A stretch of 58,949 bases of DNA from an uncultured Candidatus Saccharibacteria bacterium (GCA_964655995.1 CAZZPK010000004.1:1-58949); one strand, 5' to 3'. Shown: positions 1-8,871, counted from the stretch's first letter. Numbers and translations are program-made. The notes: generated by a model from the sequence alone, not told the origin.

Positions 1-149
1 TTAAATCGGCTGACTATATTATCGACATGGGTCCAGAGGGCGGCGCCGCAGGCGGCCAAATAATCGCCACCGGCACTCCTGAAGAAGTAGCTTACGCCCC
101 CGGCTCCCATACCGCCAAGTATCTAAAACGCGCGTTAAAAAAGAAGTAA
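1..149 (+). CDS. uvrA: UvrA (excinuclease ABC subunit A), C-terminal end; the 5' part lies outside the window
   Basis: Frame 3 reads ...[46 protein letters not shown], then TAA at 147-149. This is a typical UvrA C-terminus. It is absent from the ORF track because it has no start codon in the window. Confidence 0.85.
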   Translation, partial: KSADYIIDMGPEGGAAGGQIIATGTPEEVAYAPGSHTAKYLKRALKKK

Positions 150-168
150 ATAATTTTAGTATCCACAT

Positions 169-211
169 GTTCCGTAATTCCGTATATACGTTATTACGGA
201 ACAATGGTTTT
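169..211 (+). terminator. Probable uvrA terminator hairpin
   Basis: GTTCCGTAAT (169-178) pairs with ATTACGGAAC (193-202). The loop contains the palindrome CGTATATACG. A T-run (GGTTTTT) follows at 205-211. Confidence 0.5.
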
Positions 212-248
212 TAGTCATTAATCTACGATCGTGGGATAACGGCTAAAA
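209..248. repeat. ACGATCGT-apex palindromic element, copy 1
   Basis: The ACGATCGT core is at 225-232. The flanking arms pair over about 20 positions with a few mismatches and T:G pairs. The flanks TTAGTC...GCTAAAAT are shared with copy 4. Confidence 0.7.
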
Positions 249-283
249 TAAAAAAGAGGCGTTACTCAAGTAGAGAACGCCTC
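245..283 (-). terminator. Rho-independent terminator for the small minus-strand ORF
   Basis: GAGGCGTT (256-263) pairs with AACGCCTC (276-283). On the minus strand the hairpin is followed by TTTTTTATTTT (complement of 245-255). Confidence 0.6.
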
Positions 284-313
284 AGGGTACGATGTCTAAA
301 TTACACTCAGTAG

Positions 314-451
314 TTAATTTGTTTTAGACTCTTTTCTCTCGCGGTATGCACCATAAATCAATATCGCAGACACGAAAGCTAGGGGCAAAATTACCCCAAT
401 GAGAATCCGATCCCATTCATTGGTCAAAAATGCGTAAATTAGATCAATCAT
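314..451 (-). CDS. Possible 45-aa small membrane protein (below the ORF-track size cut-off)
   Basis: Own translation: MIDLIYAFLTNEWDRILIGVILPLAFVSAILIYGAYRERKESKTN. A GGAGAT Shine-Dalgarno-like motif lies upstream, and the terminator at 245-283 lies downstream. Confidence 0.3.
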   Translation of the reverse strand: MIDLIYAFLTNEWDRILIGVILPLAFVSAILIYGAYRERKESKTN

Positions 452-517
452 TTAAAGATCTCCTCAAGGTTTGGTTGTTCTGTTGTGAATTATAGTGAGA
501 TAGAGTATATTTGTCAA

Positions 518-1822
518 ATGGATCTAAAACGGGTTAAGAAATATGATTTGCCGGAGGGGCCCGGGGTGTACTTTTTTTATAAAGGCCGGACGGTTTTGTA
601 TATTGGCAAAGCCACTTCGCTTAAAGACCGGGTGCGCAGTTATTTTAACGGCGACTTGGGCGACACCCGCGGCCCACGCTTGGTGGCGATGCTTGAGCAG
701 GCCACCAGCTTAAAATGGCAAGCGACCAACTCGGTGTTGGAAGCGCTTTTACTGGAGACTAATTTAATTAAAAAGCATCAGCCTAAATATAATGCCAAAG
801 AAAAGGATGATAAAAGTTTTTACCATATTGTCATCACCAACGAGCCTTGGCCTCGCGTTTTAATGCAACGGGGGAAAGATATTTCAGCGACTCTGAATAA
901 AAACGACAGCTTTATCCCAGAGGGTCCCTACGCTGATCGTTTTTCTTCGAGTCGCTTACATTTGTTTGGCCCGTTTCCTAAAGCGAGTGAGTTAAAAGTG
1001 GCGTTAAAATTAATTCGTAAAATTTTCCCATTCAGGGATCAGTGTTTACCCCGTGATGTAGTCATTTTACGGGGTAGCCCCCGTAAAGCGAATACGCCAC
1101 GGGGCACAGCTTGTTTTAATCGGCAGATTGGTTTGTGCCCGGGCGTGTGCACCGGTGAGATCAGTCAAAAAGATTATCAAAAGATTATCAAAAACTTAAG
1201 TTTATTTTTGAGCGGCCAGACCGGTAAAGTGGTTAAAAATTTAGAGCGCGAGATGAAGGCGCTTGCCAAAGCGCAAAATTTTGAGCAAGCGGCCAAAGTG
1301 CGCAATCAACTTTACGCTCTCCAGCATATTCAAGATGTGGCGTTGATAAGAGAGCCCTTCGAGGAGACTCAGGACGGCTCTCACCAAGTGAGAGTTGAGG
1401 CTTATGACGTGGCGCACACGGCCGGTAGTGATACTGTGGGGGTAATGACGGTAGTGGTAAATAATGAGCCAACCCCGAGCGAGTACCGTAAATTCAAGTT
1501 AAAATCTAAAAACAATGATGTCGCCAATTTGCGCGAGATGCTCGAGCGGCGCCTCGCGCACCCCGAGTGGCCGGCTCCGGCGCTAATTGTGGTGGATGGC
1601 GGAGTGACTCAACTTAATGCCGCTAAAGCGGTGTTAAGTCAGGCCGGGGTAAATTGGCCGGCGGTGGCGGTAACCAAAGACGAGCGTCATCGCCCCCGCG
1701 AGCTCAAAGGCACTAAAGAGTTAGTCGCTTTATACGAGACGGCGATTATCAAGGCCAATGCTTTGGCCCACAGTTTTGCACTGTCTTATCATAGAAAGGT
1801 CCGCCGCCGGATGTTATACTAA
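518..1822 (+). CDS. uvrC: UvrC (excinuclease ABC subunit C), short form without a C-terminal HhH2 domain
   Basis: Contains a GIY-YIG motif (GVYFFYKGRTVLYIGKATSLKDRVRSYF), a UVR-like helix (EREMKALAKAQNFEQAAKVRNQLYALQHI) and an RNase H-like nuclease part (VEAYDVAHTAG...IVVDGG). The ORF opens at GTG 485, but ATG 518 gives the usual N-terminal length. Confidence 0.85.
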   Translation: MDLKRVKKYDLPEGPGVYFFYKGRTVLYIGKATSLKDRVRSYFNGDLGDTRGPRLVAMLEQATSLKWQATNSVLEALLLETNLIKKHQPKYNAKEKDDKSFYHIVITNEPWPRVLMQRGKDISATLNKNDSFIPEGPYADRFSSSRLHLFGPFPKASELKVALKLIRKIFPFRDQCLPRDVVILRGSPRKANTPRGTACFNRQIGLCPGVCTGEISQKDYQKIIKNLSLFLSGQTGKVVKNLEREMKALAKAQNFEQAAKVRNQLYALQHIQDVALIREPFEETQDGSHQVRVEAYDVAHTAGSDTVGVMTVVVNNEPTPSEYRKFKLKSKNNDVANLREMLERRLAHPEWPAPALIVVDGGVTQLNAAKAVLSQAGVNWPAVAVTKDERHRPRELKGTKELVALYETAIIKANALAHSFALSYHRKVRRRMLY

Positions 1823-1828
1823 TGGTTA

Positions 1829-2803
1829 ATGACCATATCGGCGCTTATTGTTTTGGCACCGTATATCTTTTTAGTGCTGGCGCTGCTTGAGTTGGCGCGA
1901 GTGATGCATGAGCGCAATGAGTTAAAAAAGCGCGAGCAATTTGTAATCAAGCAGGTGGAGGCGCATAAAGAGCTTACTCAAGCCAAAGTGCAAAGCGAGT
2001 TTTCGAGCCGCGAGCGGGAGCTCTCGAGCCGCGAGCTTGAGGCTAAGTTTGCCACCAATCGTTTGGAGGGGTTTGAGGAGGCCAAGTCTAAATTTGTTTC
2101 AGTGACGGCCCATCAGATGCGCACGCCGCTGGCGGCTATTAAATGGACCCTCCACATGCTCTCCAAGGGCGATTTGGGCCCCATCACCCAGGATCAAAAA
2201 TCTTTTATCGACAAGGGGCTGTCGAGCACCGAGCGGATGATCCGGATTGTGAACGATTTGTTGTTGGTTGATGCGCCGAGCTCCACGCCAGAGGCCTTGG
2301 CACTTAGCCCGGTTGATCTCAAGCTTTTGGTCCAAAATATTGTTAAGGAGTTCGAGCCGCAGGCCCTAAGCAAAAAAATTGCAGTTAAATTTGAGAGTCC
2401 CGACAAGGCTCTGCCTATGCTTAAGGCTGATGCCGGCAAGCTCCGGATGGTAGTCGAAAACTTGCTCGACAATGCCATTAAATACACGCCCGCGGCGGGC
2501 GAGGTTAAAGTCTCGCTTATTGATACGGCGCTTAATAGTCCGACACCGAGCCTGGAGCTGGTGGTGGCCGACAGTGGCATTGGTATCCCGCCGGCCGACC
2601 AATCTAAAATTTTCAGCAAGTTTTTTCGGGCGGGCAATGCGGTGGCGCTGGAGCCCAACGGCAGCGGTCTGGGGCTTTATATCTGCAAAGATATTATTGA
2701 GTCCCATGGCGGGGCAATGTGGTTTGAGAGTCCCGTCAACTCTGCCGGCGGCGGGGCCGCTTTCCATCTCTCACTACCGCTTGCCGGCCCGGCTGTGGTA
2801 TAA
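1829..2803 (+). CDS. Sensor histidine kinase (single N-terminal TM, coiled coil, HisKA + HATPase)
   Basis: H-box HQMRTPLAAIKW, N-box NLLDNAIKYTP, G-boxes DSGIGIP and GSGLGLYICKDIIESHGG. Confidence 0.9.
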   Translation: MTISALIVLAPYIFLVLALLELARVMHERNELKKREQFVIKQVEAHKELTQAKVQSEFSSRERELSSRELEAKFATNRLEGFEEAKSKFVSVTAHQMRTPLAAIKWTLHMLSKGDLGPITQDQKSFIDKGLSSTERMIRIVNDLLLVDAPSSTPEALALSPVDLKLLVQNIVKEFEPQALSKKIAVKFESPDKALPMLKADAGKLRMVVENLLDNAIKYTPAAGEVKVSLIDTALNSPTPSLELVVADSGIGIPPADQSKIFSKFFRAGNAVALEPNGSGLGLYICKDIIESHGGAMWFESPVNSAGGGAAFHLSLPLAGPAVV

Positions 2804-2831
2804 TCGGCCTATATCAGTTTAAATTCCAAAT

Positions 2832-3200
2832 ATGGCGATCAAAAAAATATTTATTGTTGAGGACGACGAGTTTCTCCGCTCGCTCACCGTTAAACGTTTG
2901 GAGAAGGAGGGTTACGAGGTGGCTGTAGCCGAGAACGGTGACAAAGCCATCGACCTGATCCCCAAAGAAAAACCGGATGCCATTTTGCTTGATTTACTCT
3001 TGCCCGGCAAAAGCGGTTTTGAGGTTTTAGAGAAGCTCAAAGACGACGGCGCAATCAAGGGCGTGCCAGTAGTTGTCTTTTCCAACTTGGGCCAGCGCGA
3101 GGATATCGATAAGGCCAAAAAACTAGGCGCCACCGACTTTTTAATCAAAGCCAATTTTACTTTAGACGACGTGGTCGCTAAATTAGGTAGTTTAAAATAA
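2832..3200 (+). CDS. Response regulator, receiver domain only (CheY-like, no output domain)
   Basis: KIFIVEDDEF...DAILLDLLLPGKSGFEVLEKLK...VVVFSNLGQ...ATDFLIKA. The 122-aa length leaves no room for an effector domain. Confidence 0.9.
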   Translation: MAIKKIFIVEDDEFLRSLTVKRLEKEGYEVAVAENGDKAIDLIPKEKPDAILLDLLLPGKSGFEVLEKLKDDGAIKGVPVVVFSNLGQREDIDKAKKLGATDFLIKANFTLDDVVAKLGSLK

Positions 3201-3204
3201 AGTT

Positions 3205-4167
3205 ATGGCGGCGGTCCGGGTGGGAGTGGTCCGAGGCGGTTTAGGCGGCGAGTATGAGGTCTCGCTTAAGACCGGCAGTAGTGTGCTCAAACATTTGCCC
3301 CCTCATTACTCGGGTCGCGATATTTTAATTACCCGAGACGGCCAATGGCATTTGGGCGGACTGCCCACCACCCCGGCTCTTGCCGCTAAAAGCGTTGATG
3401 TCTTTTTTAACGCCTTGCACGGTGAGTTTGGCGAGGACGGCCAGATCCAAAAAATTTTTGACGACTTGGGAGTCAAGTACACCGGCGCCGGCCACCTGGC
3501 CTCGGCGCTTGCTATGGACAAGCCGACCAGTAAAAATTTGTTTGCCAAAGCCGGACTCCGAGTGCCTCAAGGTCGAGTAGTAAAGGCCGGCGAGGATCTG
3601 CATTTAGTGGCGCCCGATATTTTTAAGCGGGTAGCGCCACCTTGGGTGGTTAAGCCGGCTGATCGCGGCTCCTCGCTCGGCTTGTTTTTGGCCAAAACCG
3701 TACATCAATTGATTGATGCTATTAAATCTTGTCTTAATCATACCGACAATGTGCTGGTTGAGGAGTATTTGCGCGGCAAAGAGGCAACAGTTGGGGTGGT
3801 TGAGGGACTGCGAGGCGAGCCGATCTATGCCTTACTGCCAATTGAGATCCGCCGGCCGGCCGGCAAGGCGGTGTGGGATTATGAGGATAAATACAATGGC
3901 GCTACCAAAGAGATCTGCCCCGGCACTTTTACCGCGGCGGAAAAGGCCGAGTTGTCGCGTCAAGCCGCTTTGGCTCATCAAACACTCGGCTTGGCTCATT
4001 ACTCCCGCTCGGATTTTATTGTCACGCCGCGGGGGGTTTACATCATCGAGACTAACTCATTACCCGGTATGACCAGCGAGTCGCTCTTGCTTAAGGCCTT
4101 GCAGGCTGTCGGCGTGGAGTATCCGCATTTTTTGGATCATGTGCTAAGATTAGCTCTCAATGACTAA
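3205..4167 (+). CDS. ddl: D-alanine--D-alanine ligase
   Basis: HGEFGEDGQIQKIFDDLGVKYTGAG, DKPTSKNLFAKAGL, VVKPADRGSSLGL, SRSDFIVTPRGVYIIETNSLPGMT. Confidence 0.9.
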   Translation: MAAVRVGVVRGGLGGEYEVSLKTGSSVLKHLPPHYSGRDILITRDGQWHLGGLPTTPALAAKSVDVFFNALHGEFGEDGQIQKIFDDLGVKYTGAGHLASALAMDKPTSKNLFAKAGLRVPQGRVVKAGEDLHLVAPDIFKRVAPPWVVKPADRGSSLGLFLAKTVHQLIDAIKSCLNHTDNVLVEEYLRGKEATVGVVEGLRGEPIYALLPIEIRRPAGKAVWDYEDKYNGATKEICPGTFTAAEKAELSRQAALAHQTLGLAHYSRSDFIVTPRGVYIIETNSLPGMTSESLLLKALQAVGVEYPHFLDHVLRLALND

Positions 4168-5443
4168 ACTGCGACGTTTAAGGGGGTGGCGCTACTTTTG
4201 GACGGCTGTGACGATCGGCTGGTTTTTGGCCTTTCGCCAAGTCAAACGGAGCTCGCGCTGGAGCACGATACTGATTATTTTTGTGATGGCGCTGACTTTT
4301 CTAAATTTAGTAGTGGTGAGCGGCATTTTAGTCGGCCTCATCGAGGGCTCGGAGGAGACGTATCGCGAGCGCTATACCGGCGACATCATCATCTCCACTT
4401 TAAAACAAAAAACTTACATCGAGCATAGTCCCGAGTTGGTAACTTTGATTAAAAGCTTGCCGTGGACGGAGAGTGCTACGGCGCGCTACATGGAGGCGGG
4501 AACCATCGAGGCCAATTATCAGACGCGGATCAATGAGCGCGATCCCATCGAGAGTGCCGGTACGATTATTACCGGCATTAATCCGCTCGACGAGGATATC
4601 GCCACCGGCATCTCCGACTTGGTAACCGAGGGCGAGTATCTCTCGCCGTCAGATTACGATCAGATTTTGATTGGCTATCAACTACTGCGCAAATATTTGC
4701 CGATTGACTCGCCGGGTTTGCAATTGCTCGACAATGTGGAGGTGGGCAGTAAGGTCCGTTTGGTTATCAATGGCAATACCCGGGAGTTTACGGTTAAGGG
4801 CATACTCCATGGCAAGGTCGATGAGATCGGCCGACGCGTCTTTATGGTCGACAGCCAATTGCGTCCGATGATCGGGCGCGATGATTACAATGTTGACGAG
4901 ATCGCCGTCCGTCTCAAGCCTGGAGCCGACGCCGATGTCGCCAAGCAGGCTATTTTGGCGACCGGGGCCGGCGAGCGGGCCAAGGTCCAGACCTGGCTTG
5001 ATGCCCAACCTAAGTTTTTAAAAGATATCAAAGACACCTTTGCCCTGCTTGGCAATATGATCGGCTCAATCGGTTTGGTGGTGGCCTCGATTACCATTTT
5101 TATTGTCATCTTTATTAATGCGATCACTCGCCGTAAGTACATCGGCATTTTAAAAGGTATCGGTATTGATGCCGTGGTAATCGAGTGTGCCTACGTGATC
5201 CAGTCGCTTTTTTACGCCAGCGTGGGTACCTTGCTTGGCGCGATCATTTTATTTGGCGTACTCCAACCCTATTTGGCGGCGCATCCGATCGACTTCCCCT
5301 TTAGCGATGGGATCTTGGTGGCGACGGTCGGCGGCACCATTTTGCGGATGTTGGCGCTGATGATCGCCACCTTGATTGCCGGCTATATCCCGGCGCGGAT
5401 CGTGGTCAAGCAAAATACCCTAGATGCCATTTTGGGCCGTTAA
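4160..5443 (+). CDS. ABC transporter permease, FtsX/MacB-type
   Basis: An N-terminal TM, a large extracytoplasmic domain and three C-terminal TMs. It overlaps the ddl stop and is followed by a cognate ATPase. Confidence 0.8.
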   Translation: MTKLRRLRGWRYFWTAVTIGWFLAFRQVKRSSRWSTILIIFVMALTFLNLVVVSGILVGLIEGSEETYRERYTGDIIISTLKQKTYIEHSPELVTLIKSLPWTESATARYMEAGTIEANYQTRINERDPIESAGTIITGINPLDEDIATGISDLVTEGEYLSPSDYDQILIGYQLLRKYLPIDSPGLQLLDNVEVGSKVRLVINGNTREFTVKGILHGKVDEIGRRVFMVDSQLRPMIGRDDYNVDEIAVRLKPGADADVAKQAILATGAGERAKVQTWLDAQPKFLKDIKDTFALLGNMIGSIGLVVASITIFIVIFINAITRRKYIGILKGIGIDAVVIECAYVIQSLFYASVGTLLGAIILFGVLQPYLAAHPIDFPFSDGILVATVGGTILRMLALMIATLIAGYIPARIVVKQNTLDAILGR

Positions 5444-5450
5444 CAAATTT

Positions 5451-6125
5451 ATGATCAAAGCTACCAATATAATCAAAAAATACGAGTCAGGCGACGGTGA
5501 GTTGGTGGTGCTTAAGGAGTTGAGTTTAACGGTGCCGGCCGGCCAATTTTTAGCCATTACCGGGCGCTCCGGCTCGGGCAAAAGCACCCTGCTTTACCAA
5601 TTAGGCCTGCTTGATCGGCCCAATAGCGGTGAGATTATTATCGACAATACCGACATTTTGGCTCTCGACGACAACGAGCGGACGCGCTTCCGTCTTTACG
5701 AATTGGGTTATGTGTTCCAGGATTACGCCTTATTGCCCGAGCTTAGCGCTTTGGAAAATGTCATGGTGCCGCTTTTGATGCAAGGTCTCTCGTATCGGGC
5801 GGCGGCGGAGCGGTCGCTTCGGGCGTTGACCCAAATCGGTTTGGGCGATCGGCTGGAGAATCTGCCGAGTCAGCTCTCGGGCGGCCAGCAGCAGCGGGTA
5901 AGTATTGCGCGGGCGATTGCTCACGAGCCAAAGATTATTTTTGCCGATGAGCCAACCGCCAACTTGGATCGCGAGACGGCGCAGGTAGTACTCGAGCTTT
6001 TTAAAGATCTGCATCGCCAGGGGCAGACGATTGTAATGGTGATCCACGAGGCGGATTACACCAAACTGGCGGAGCGAGTCGTCACTTTGGATGATGGACG
6101 GATTATCTCGGATGTGCTACAGTAA
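5451..6125 (+). CDS. ABC transporter ATP-binding protein (MacB/LolD-like)
   Basis: Walker A GRSGSGKSTLL, signature LSGGQQQRVSIARA, Walker B IIFADEPT. The ORF opens at 5424, but ATG 5451 avoids overlap with the permease. Confidence 0.9.
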   Translation: MIKATNIIKKYESGDGELVVLKELSLTVPAGQFLAITGRSGSGKSTLLYQLGLLDRPNSGEIIIDNTDILALDDNERTRFRLYELGYVFQDYALLPELSALENVMVPLLMQGLSYRAAAERSLRALTQIGLGDRLENLPSQLSGGQQQRVSIARAIAHEPKIIFADEPTANLDRETAQVVLELFKDLHRQGQTIVMVIHEADYTKLAERVVTLDDGRIISDVLQ

Positions 6126-6133
6126 AATCTCGC

Positions 6134-7549
6134 ATGCTTAAATTAAAAAACTTATTTTGGCAGTATCCTAAAATTATCTCTGCGGGCGCGGTAGGGCTCC
6201 TCGTGGTTTTGGGTTTTGTTTATTTACGCTCGGGCAATGGTGAAGCGACGATCAAGGTGGTGCGCCAAGATTTGGTCCAAACAGTGCCGGCCAGTGGCAA
6301 ACTCCGGGCTCTCGGGCAAGCCGATCTCTCCTTTGCCAAAAGCGGACGGGTGGCCGGGGTTTATAAACAGCCGGGAGCGCGAGTATATATTGGCGAAACG
6401 ATTGCCGCTTTGGATCAAGCCGACTTGTTGGCCGAGCGCGCAAGCGCCGAGGCCACGCTCCGCCAAGCCGAGGCCAAGTTAGAGAGTTATAAAATCGCCT
6501 TAGCCGATGCCGACCGAGTGCTAACTAACAGCGTGACCAAAGCCTTTTCTACTGCGGACACGGTAATGGGCACGACGATCGACGAGCTGTACGACAGTCC
6601 GGAATGGTCGAGTGCCAATTTAGTAATCGACTTTCAAGGTTCGTCTTTGCGCGAGCGCTTGACTACCTCGCGGCGGGAGGCAGTCCGGAATTTAACCAAT
6701 TGGGAAAAAGAGTTGGCCGCCGGTACCACCGATATCGTAGAGTTGGCTAAAAAGGCGGAAGTTTATTTGGACCAATTTGTAAAATTTTTAGCTGATCTCT
6801 CGTTTGCTGTTAACTATTTGGATAATTTAGCCAATGAAGAGGCGATTAGCGAGGCCCGAGAGACGATTAACTCCGCGCTAAGCAGTTTGTCGACCGCGAT
6901 TGAGACTCATAGCGCCGCGCCGTCTAATGTGGCCATCCAAGAGGGGGTGGTCGATGGCGCTCGGGCCAGTATCGCTAAAATCGAGGCGGAAATTGGCAAA
7001 GGTTTGATCCGGGCGCCGCTCTCCGGACTAGTAACCAAACAGGAGGCCCGCATAGGCGAGAGTGTGGAGGCTAACGAGATATTGACCTCGGTTATTGCCG
7101 ACAATAAAAACTTTGAAATCGAATCTTATATCCCGGAAGTCAATATCACCAAAGTGGCGGTCGGGAATCCGGTTAAAATCACTTTTGACGCTTTGCCGCG
7201 CGAGACTTTTACCGGCCAAGTGTCGACGATTGATCAGGGTGAGACGATCCGCGATGGCGTGCCTAATTTTAAAATCAAAGTGTCGTTAAAAACCGATGAT
7301 GTCCGGGTTAAAACCGGCTTAAGCGCCAATTTAATCATTGAGACAGCCAAAAAAGAGGCAGTGCTGGTGGTGCCGATTTATGCCGTGGCGCGCCAAGTCG
7401 ACGGCAGGGCGACAGTGCAAGTTAAAGACGGTAATAATGTCTCCACGCGCGATATTGTAACCGGCCAAACCGGCGATGGTGGGCTCGTCGAGGTGGTGTC
7501 CGGCTTGGCTGAGGGGGAGCTGGTGCTAGCAGTCCCTCTGGCTGAATAA
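6134..7549 (+). CDS. Efflux periplasmic adaptor (HlyD/MacA membrane-fusion family)
   Basis: An N-terminal TM, a long coiled-coil middle and a beta-barrel C-terminal part (LIRAPLSGLVT..., VKITFDALP...). Operon context with the ABC pair supports the call. Confidence 0.75.
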   Translation: MLKLKNLFWQYPKIISAGAVGLLVVLGFVYLRSGNGEATIKVVRQDLVQTVPASGKLRALGQADLSFAKSGRVAGVYKQPGARVYIGETIAALDQADLLAERASAEATLRQAEAKLESYKIALADADRVLTNSVTKAFSTADTVMGTTIDELYDSPEWSSANLVIDFQGSSLRERLTTSRREAVRNLTNWEKELAAGTTDIVELAKKAEVYLDQFVKFLADLSFAVNYLDNLANEEAISEARETINSALSSLSTAIETHSAAPSNVAIQEGVVDGARASIAKIEAEIGKGLIRAPLSGLVTKQEARIGESVEANEILTSVIADNKNFEIESYIPEVNITKVAVGNPVKITFDALPRETFTGQVSTIDQGETIRDGVPNFKIKVSLKTDDVRVKTGLSANLIIETAKKEAVLVVPIYAVARQVDGRATVQVKDGNNVSTRDIVTGQTGDGGLVEVVSGLAEGELVLAVPLAE

Positions 7550-7569
7550 AAAAGGCGCCAATTGGCGCC
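7548..7569 (-). terminator. Terminator hairpin GGCGCC-AATT-GGCGCC
   Basis: The stem is 7554-7559 with 7564-7569. The minus-strand T-run is the complement of A-run 7548-7553. It sits between convergent genes. Confidence 0.6.
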
Positions 7570-7590
7570 CTAAAAAATAAAATCCTAGAT

Positions 7591-7956
7591 CTAGCCCAGA
7601 CTGCTCTCTAGTCCGTCGATGGACTTGGTGTTAAAAAAGGTCCAAGTGATGACCTCGCCGCCATATAGGCAGGTGGAGTTGCCGGTGTAATCGCCCGTAT
7701 AACTGACGGCTAAAAAGTCATAGCAATCATCAGCGGCAAAAATCGTTGTTGTCTCGCCGGGCAATAAGGGGTCGCCGAGCAAGTTGGGTCCCCACTCTGG
7801 CGAGTCGACGGGCGAGATGTAGATCTCGGTGATGACGAAGGTGGACTCATTTACCACCAAGATGGTGTTTAACCCTGTCGCTGGGCCGACAATCGGGCAA
7901 CCAACGAGCATTAGGCCGATCAACAGGATGGCCGCTGTGCTGAAAATGTTTTTCAT
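7591..7956 (-). CDS. Small putative lipoprotein, unknown function
   Basis: Signal peptide with lipobox (LMLVGC). AGGAGAG RBS upstream. Confidence 0.6.
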   Translation of the reverse strand: MKNIFSTAAILLIGLMLVGCPIVGPATGLNTILVVNESTFVITEIYISPVDSPEWGPNLLGDPLLPGETTTIFAADDCYDFLAVSYTGDYTGNSTCLYGGEVITWTFFNTKSIDGLESSLG

Positions 7957-8000
7957 ACCGACTCTCCTTTCTCTCGGATGAAGTCAAATCCAAATCTATT

Positions 8001-8048
8001 ATAACAAAAAATAAGACCCACTCCTATCTTACGACAGTAGTGGGTCTT
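8001..8048 (-). terminator. Terminator of the 8063-8665 gene
   Basis: AAGACCCACT (8013-8022) pairs with AGTGGGTCTT (8039-8048). On the minus strand it is followed by ATTTTTTGTT. Confidence 0.65.
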
Positions 8049-8062
8049 GATGTAATGGGGGA

Positions 8063-8665
8063 TTAAGCGACGGCGGTAAATACTCCCGCCAGATCTTTCT
8101 TTAGCTCCGGCAAATTGACCGGAGTCAAGTATGGGGCCAGTCGACCTGCCCAGCTCTTGTGGGCTGCGGACTGGTACTCCAGCCGCTCACGCTGGGCCTT
8201 TTCGATCGCCTGACGCTCTTTGACTGGAGCCAAACGAGCGCGGACGTTCTCGACCCGACGGATGTCGGCGTCGACGGCCTGGTACAGTACGATGGCCGCG
8301 GCAAGGCCGAAGTTTTGGCTCGCCACGTGGCTTGCCAACTTGGTCAAGCTTGCCTCGACTTGATTGATGAGATCCTTGTGGACCCTCATCTTCTCAAGTC
8401 GGCGGAGCTCGAAGTGGAAGCGCTTCTCCTCCGCTTTGGCCAGGTAATTCCTGATCCCGGCCTCGAGGGCCTCCTTGGCCTTTTGCCAGGACTCGATCCG
8501 GTTGGCGTCACTCGCGTCCTCGTTGCAGGCTTTCGCGGCCTGCTCGATGACGTAGTCGCTTACCCGGTAGCCGGGCAAGCTGTTATTCTGTACCAGCGCG
8601 AGGCTGGCCAGAAAGGTGGCTTGGGCGCCGTGAATCGTGTCGAATTTCTCCTTCGCTTTCTTCAT
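8063..8665 (-). CDS. Hypothetical alpha-helical protein (200 aa)
   Basis: ATG preceded by GGGGAG, its own promoter (8732-8760) and a terminator. The opposite-strand ORF 8159-8683 has none of these. Confidence 0.6.
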   Translation of the reverse strand: MKKAKEKFDTIHGAQATFLASLALVQNNSLPGYRVSDYVIEQAAKACNEDASDANRIESWQKAKEALEAGIRNYLAKAEEKRFHFELRRLEKMRVHKDLINQVEASLTKLASHVASQNFGLAAAIVLYQAVDADIRRVENVRARLAPVKERQAIEKAQRERLEYQSAAHKSWAGRLAPYLTPVNLPELKKDLAGVFTAVA

Positions 8666-8731
8666 TTCAAATATCTCCCCTAGATTGTGTTGCGCTACTC
8701 ACGGCCCACACAGTGTGAGCCTCTACCTACT

Positions 8732-8760
8732 ATCTTAGCATATACCCCAATTTTTGTCAA
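8732..8760 (-). promoter_or_regulatory. Sigma70-like promoter TTGACA-17-TAAGAT
   Basis: The minus strand reads TTGACA (8755-8760) and TAAGAT (8732-8737). It lies directly downstream of tRNA-Ala. Confidence 0.5.
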
Positions 8761-8761
8761 G

Positions 8762-8834
8762 TGGACCCTATCGGATTCGAACCGATGACCTCCGCTTTGC
8801 AAAAGCGGCGCTCTACCAACTAAGCTAAGGGCCC
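8762..8834 (-). tRNA. tRNA-Ala (anticodon UGC)
   Basis: Hand-folded cloverleaf GGGCCCT/AGGGTCC with the G3:U70 Ala identity pair, anticodon loop TTTGCAA and T-arm ATCGG-TTCGAAT-CCGAT. No CCA is encoded. Confidence 0.9.
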
Positions 8835-8842
8835 GTTTGTTT

Positions 8843-8871
8843 ACTATCTCATTTTTTTAGTCTTTGGACAA
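8843..8871 (-). promoter_or_regulatory. tRNA promoter TTGTCC-17-GATAGT, 8 nt before the mature 5' end
   Basis: It has the same architecture and the same AAAAAATGAGATAGT block as the second tRNA promoter. Confidence 0.5.

Noticed and set aside
8159-8683. 174-aa plus-strand ORF overlapping the 8063-8665 gene
   Set aside because: The minus-strand gene has an RBS, a promoter and a terminator. The plus-strand frame has none and shows a low-complexity Leu/Gly/Asp composition typical of a shadow ORF.
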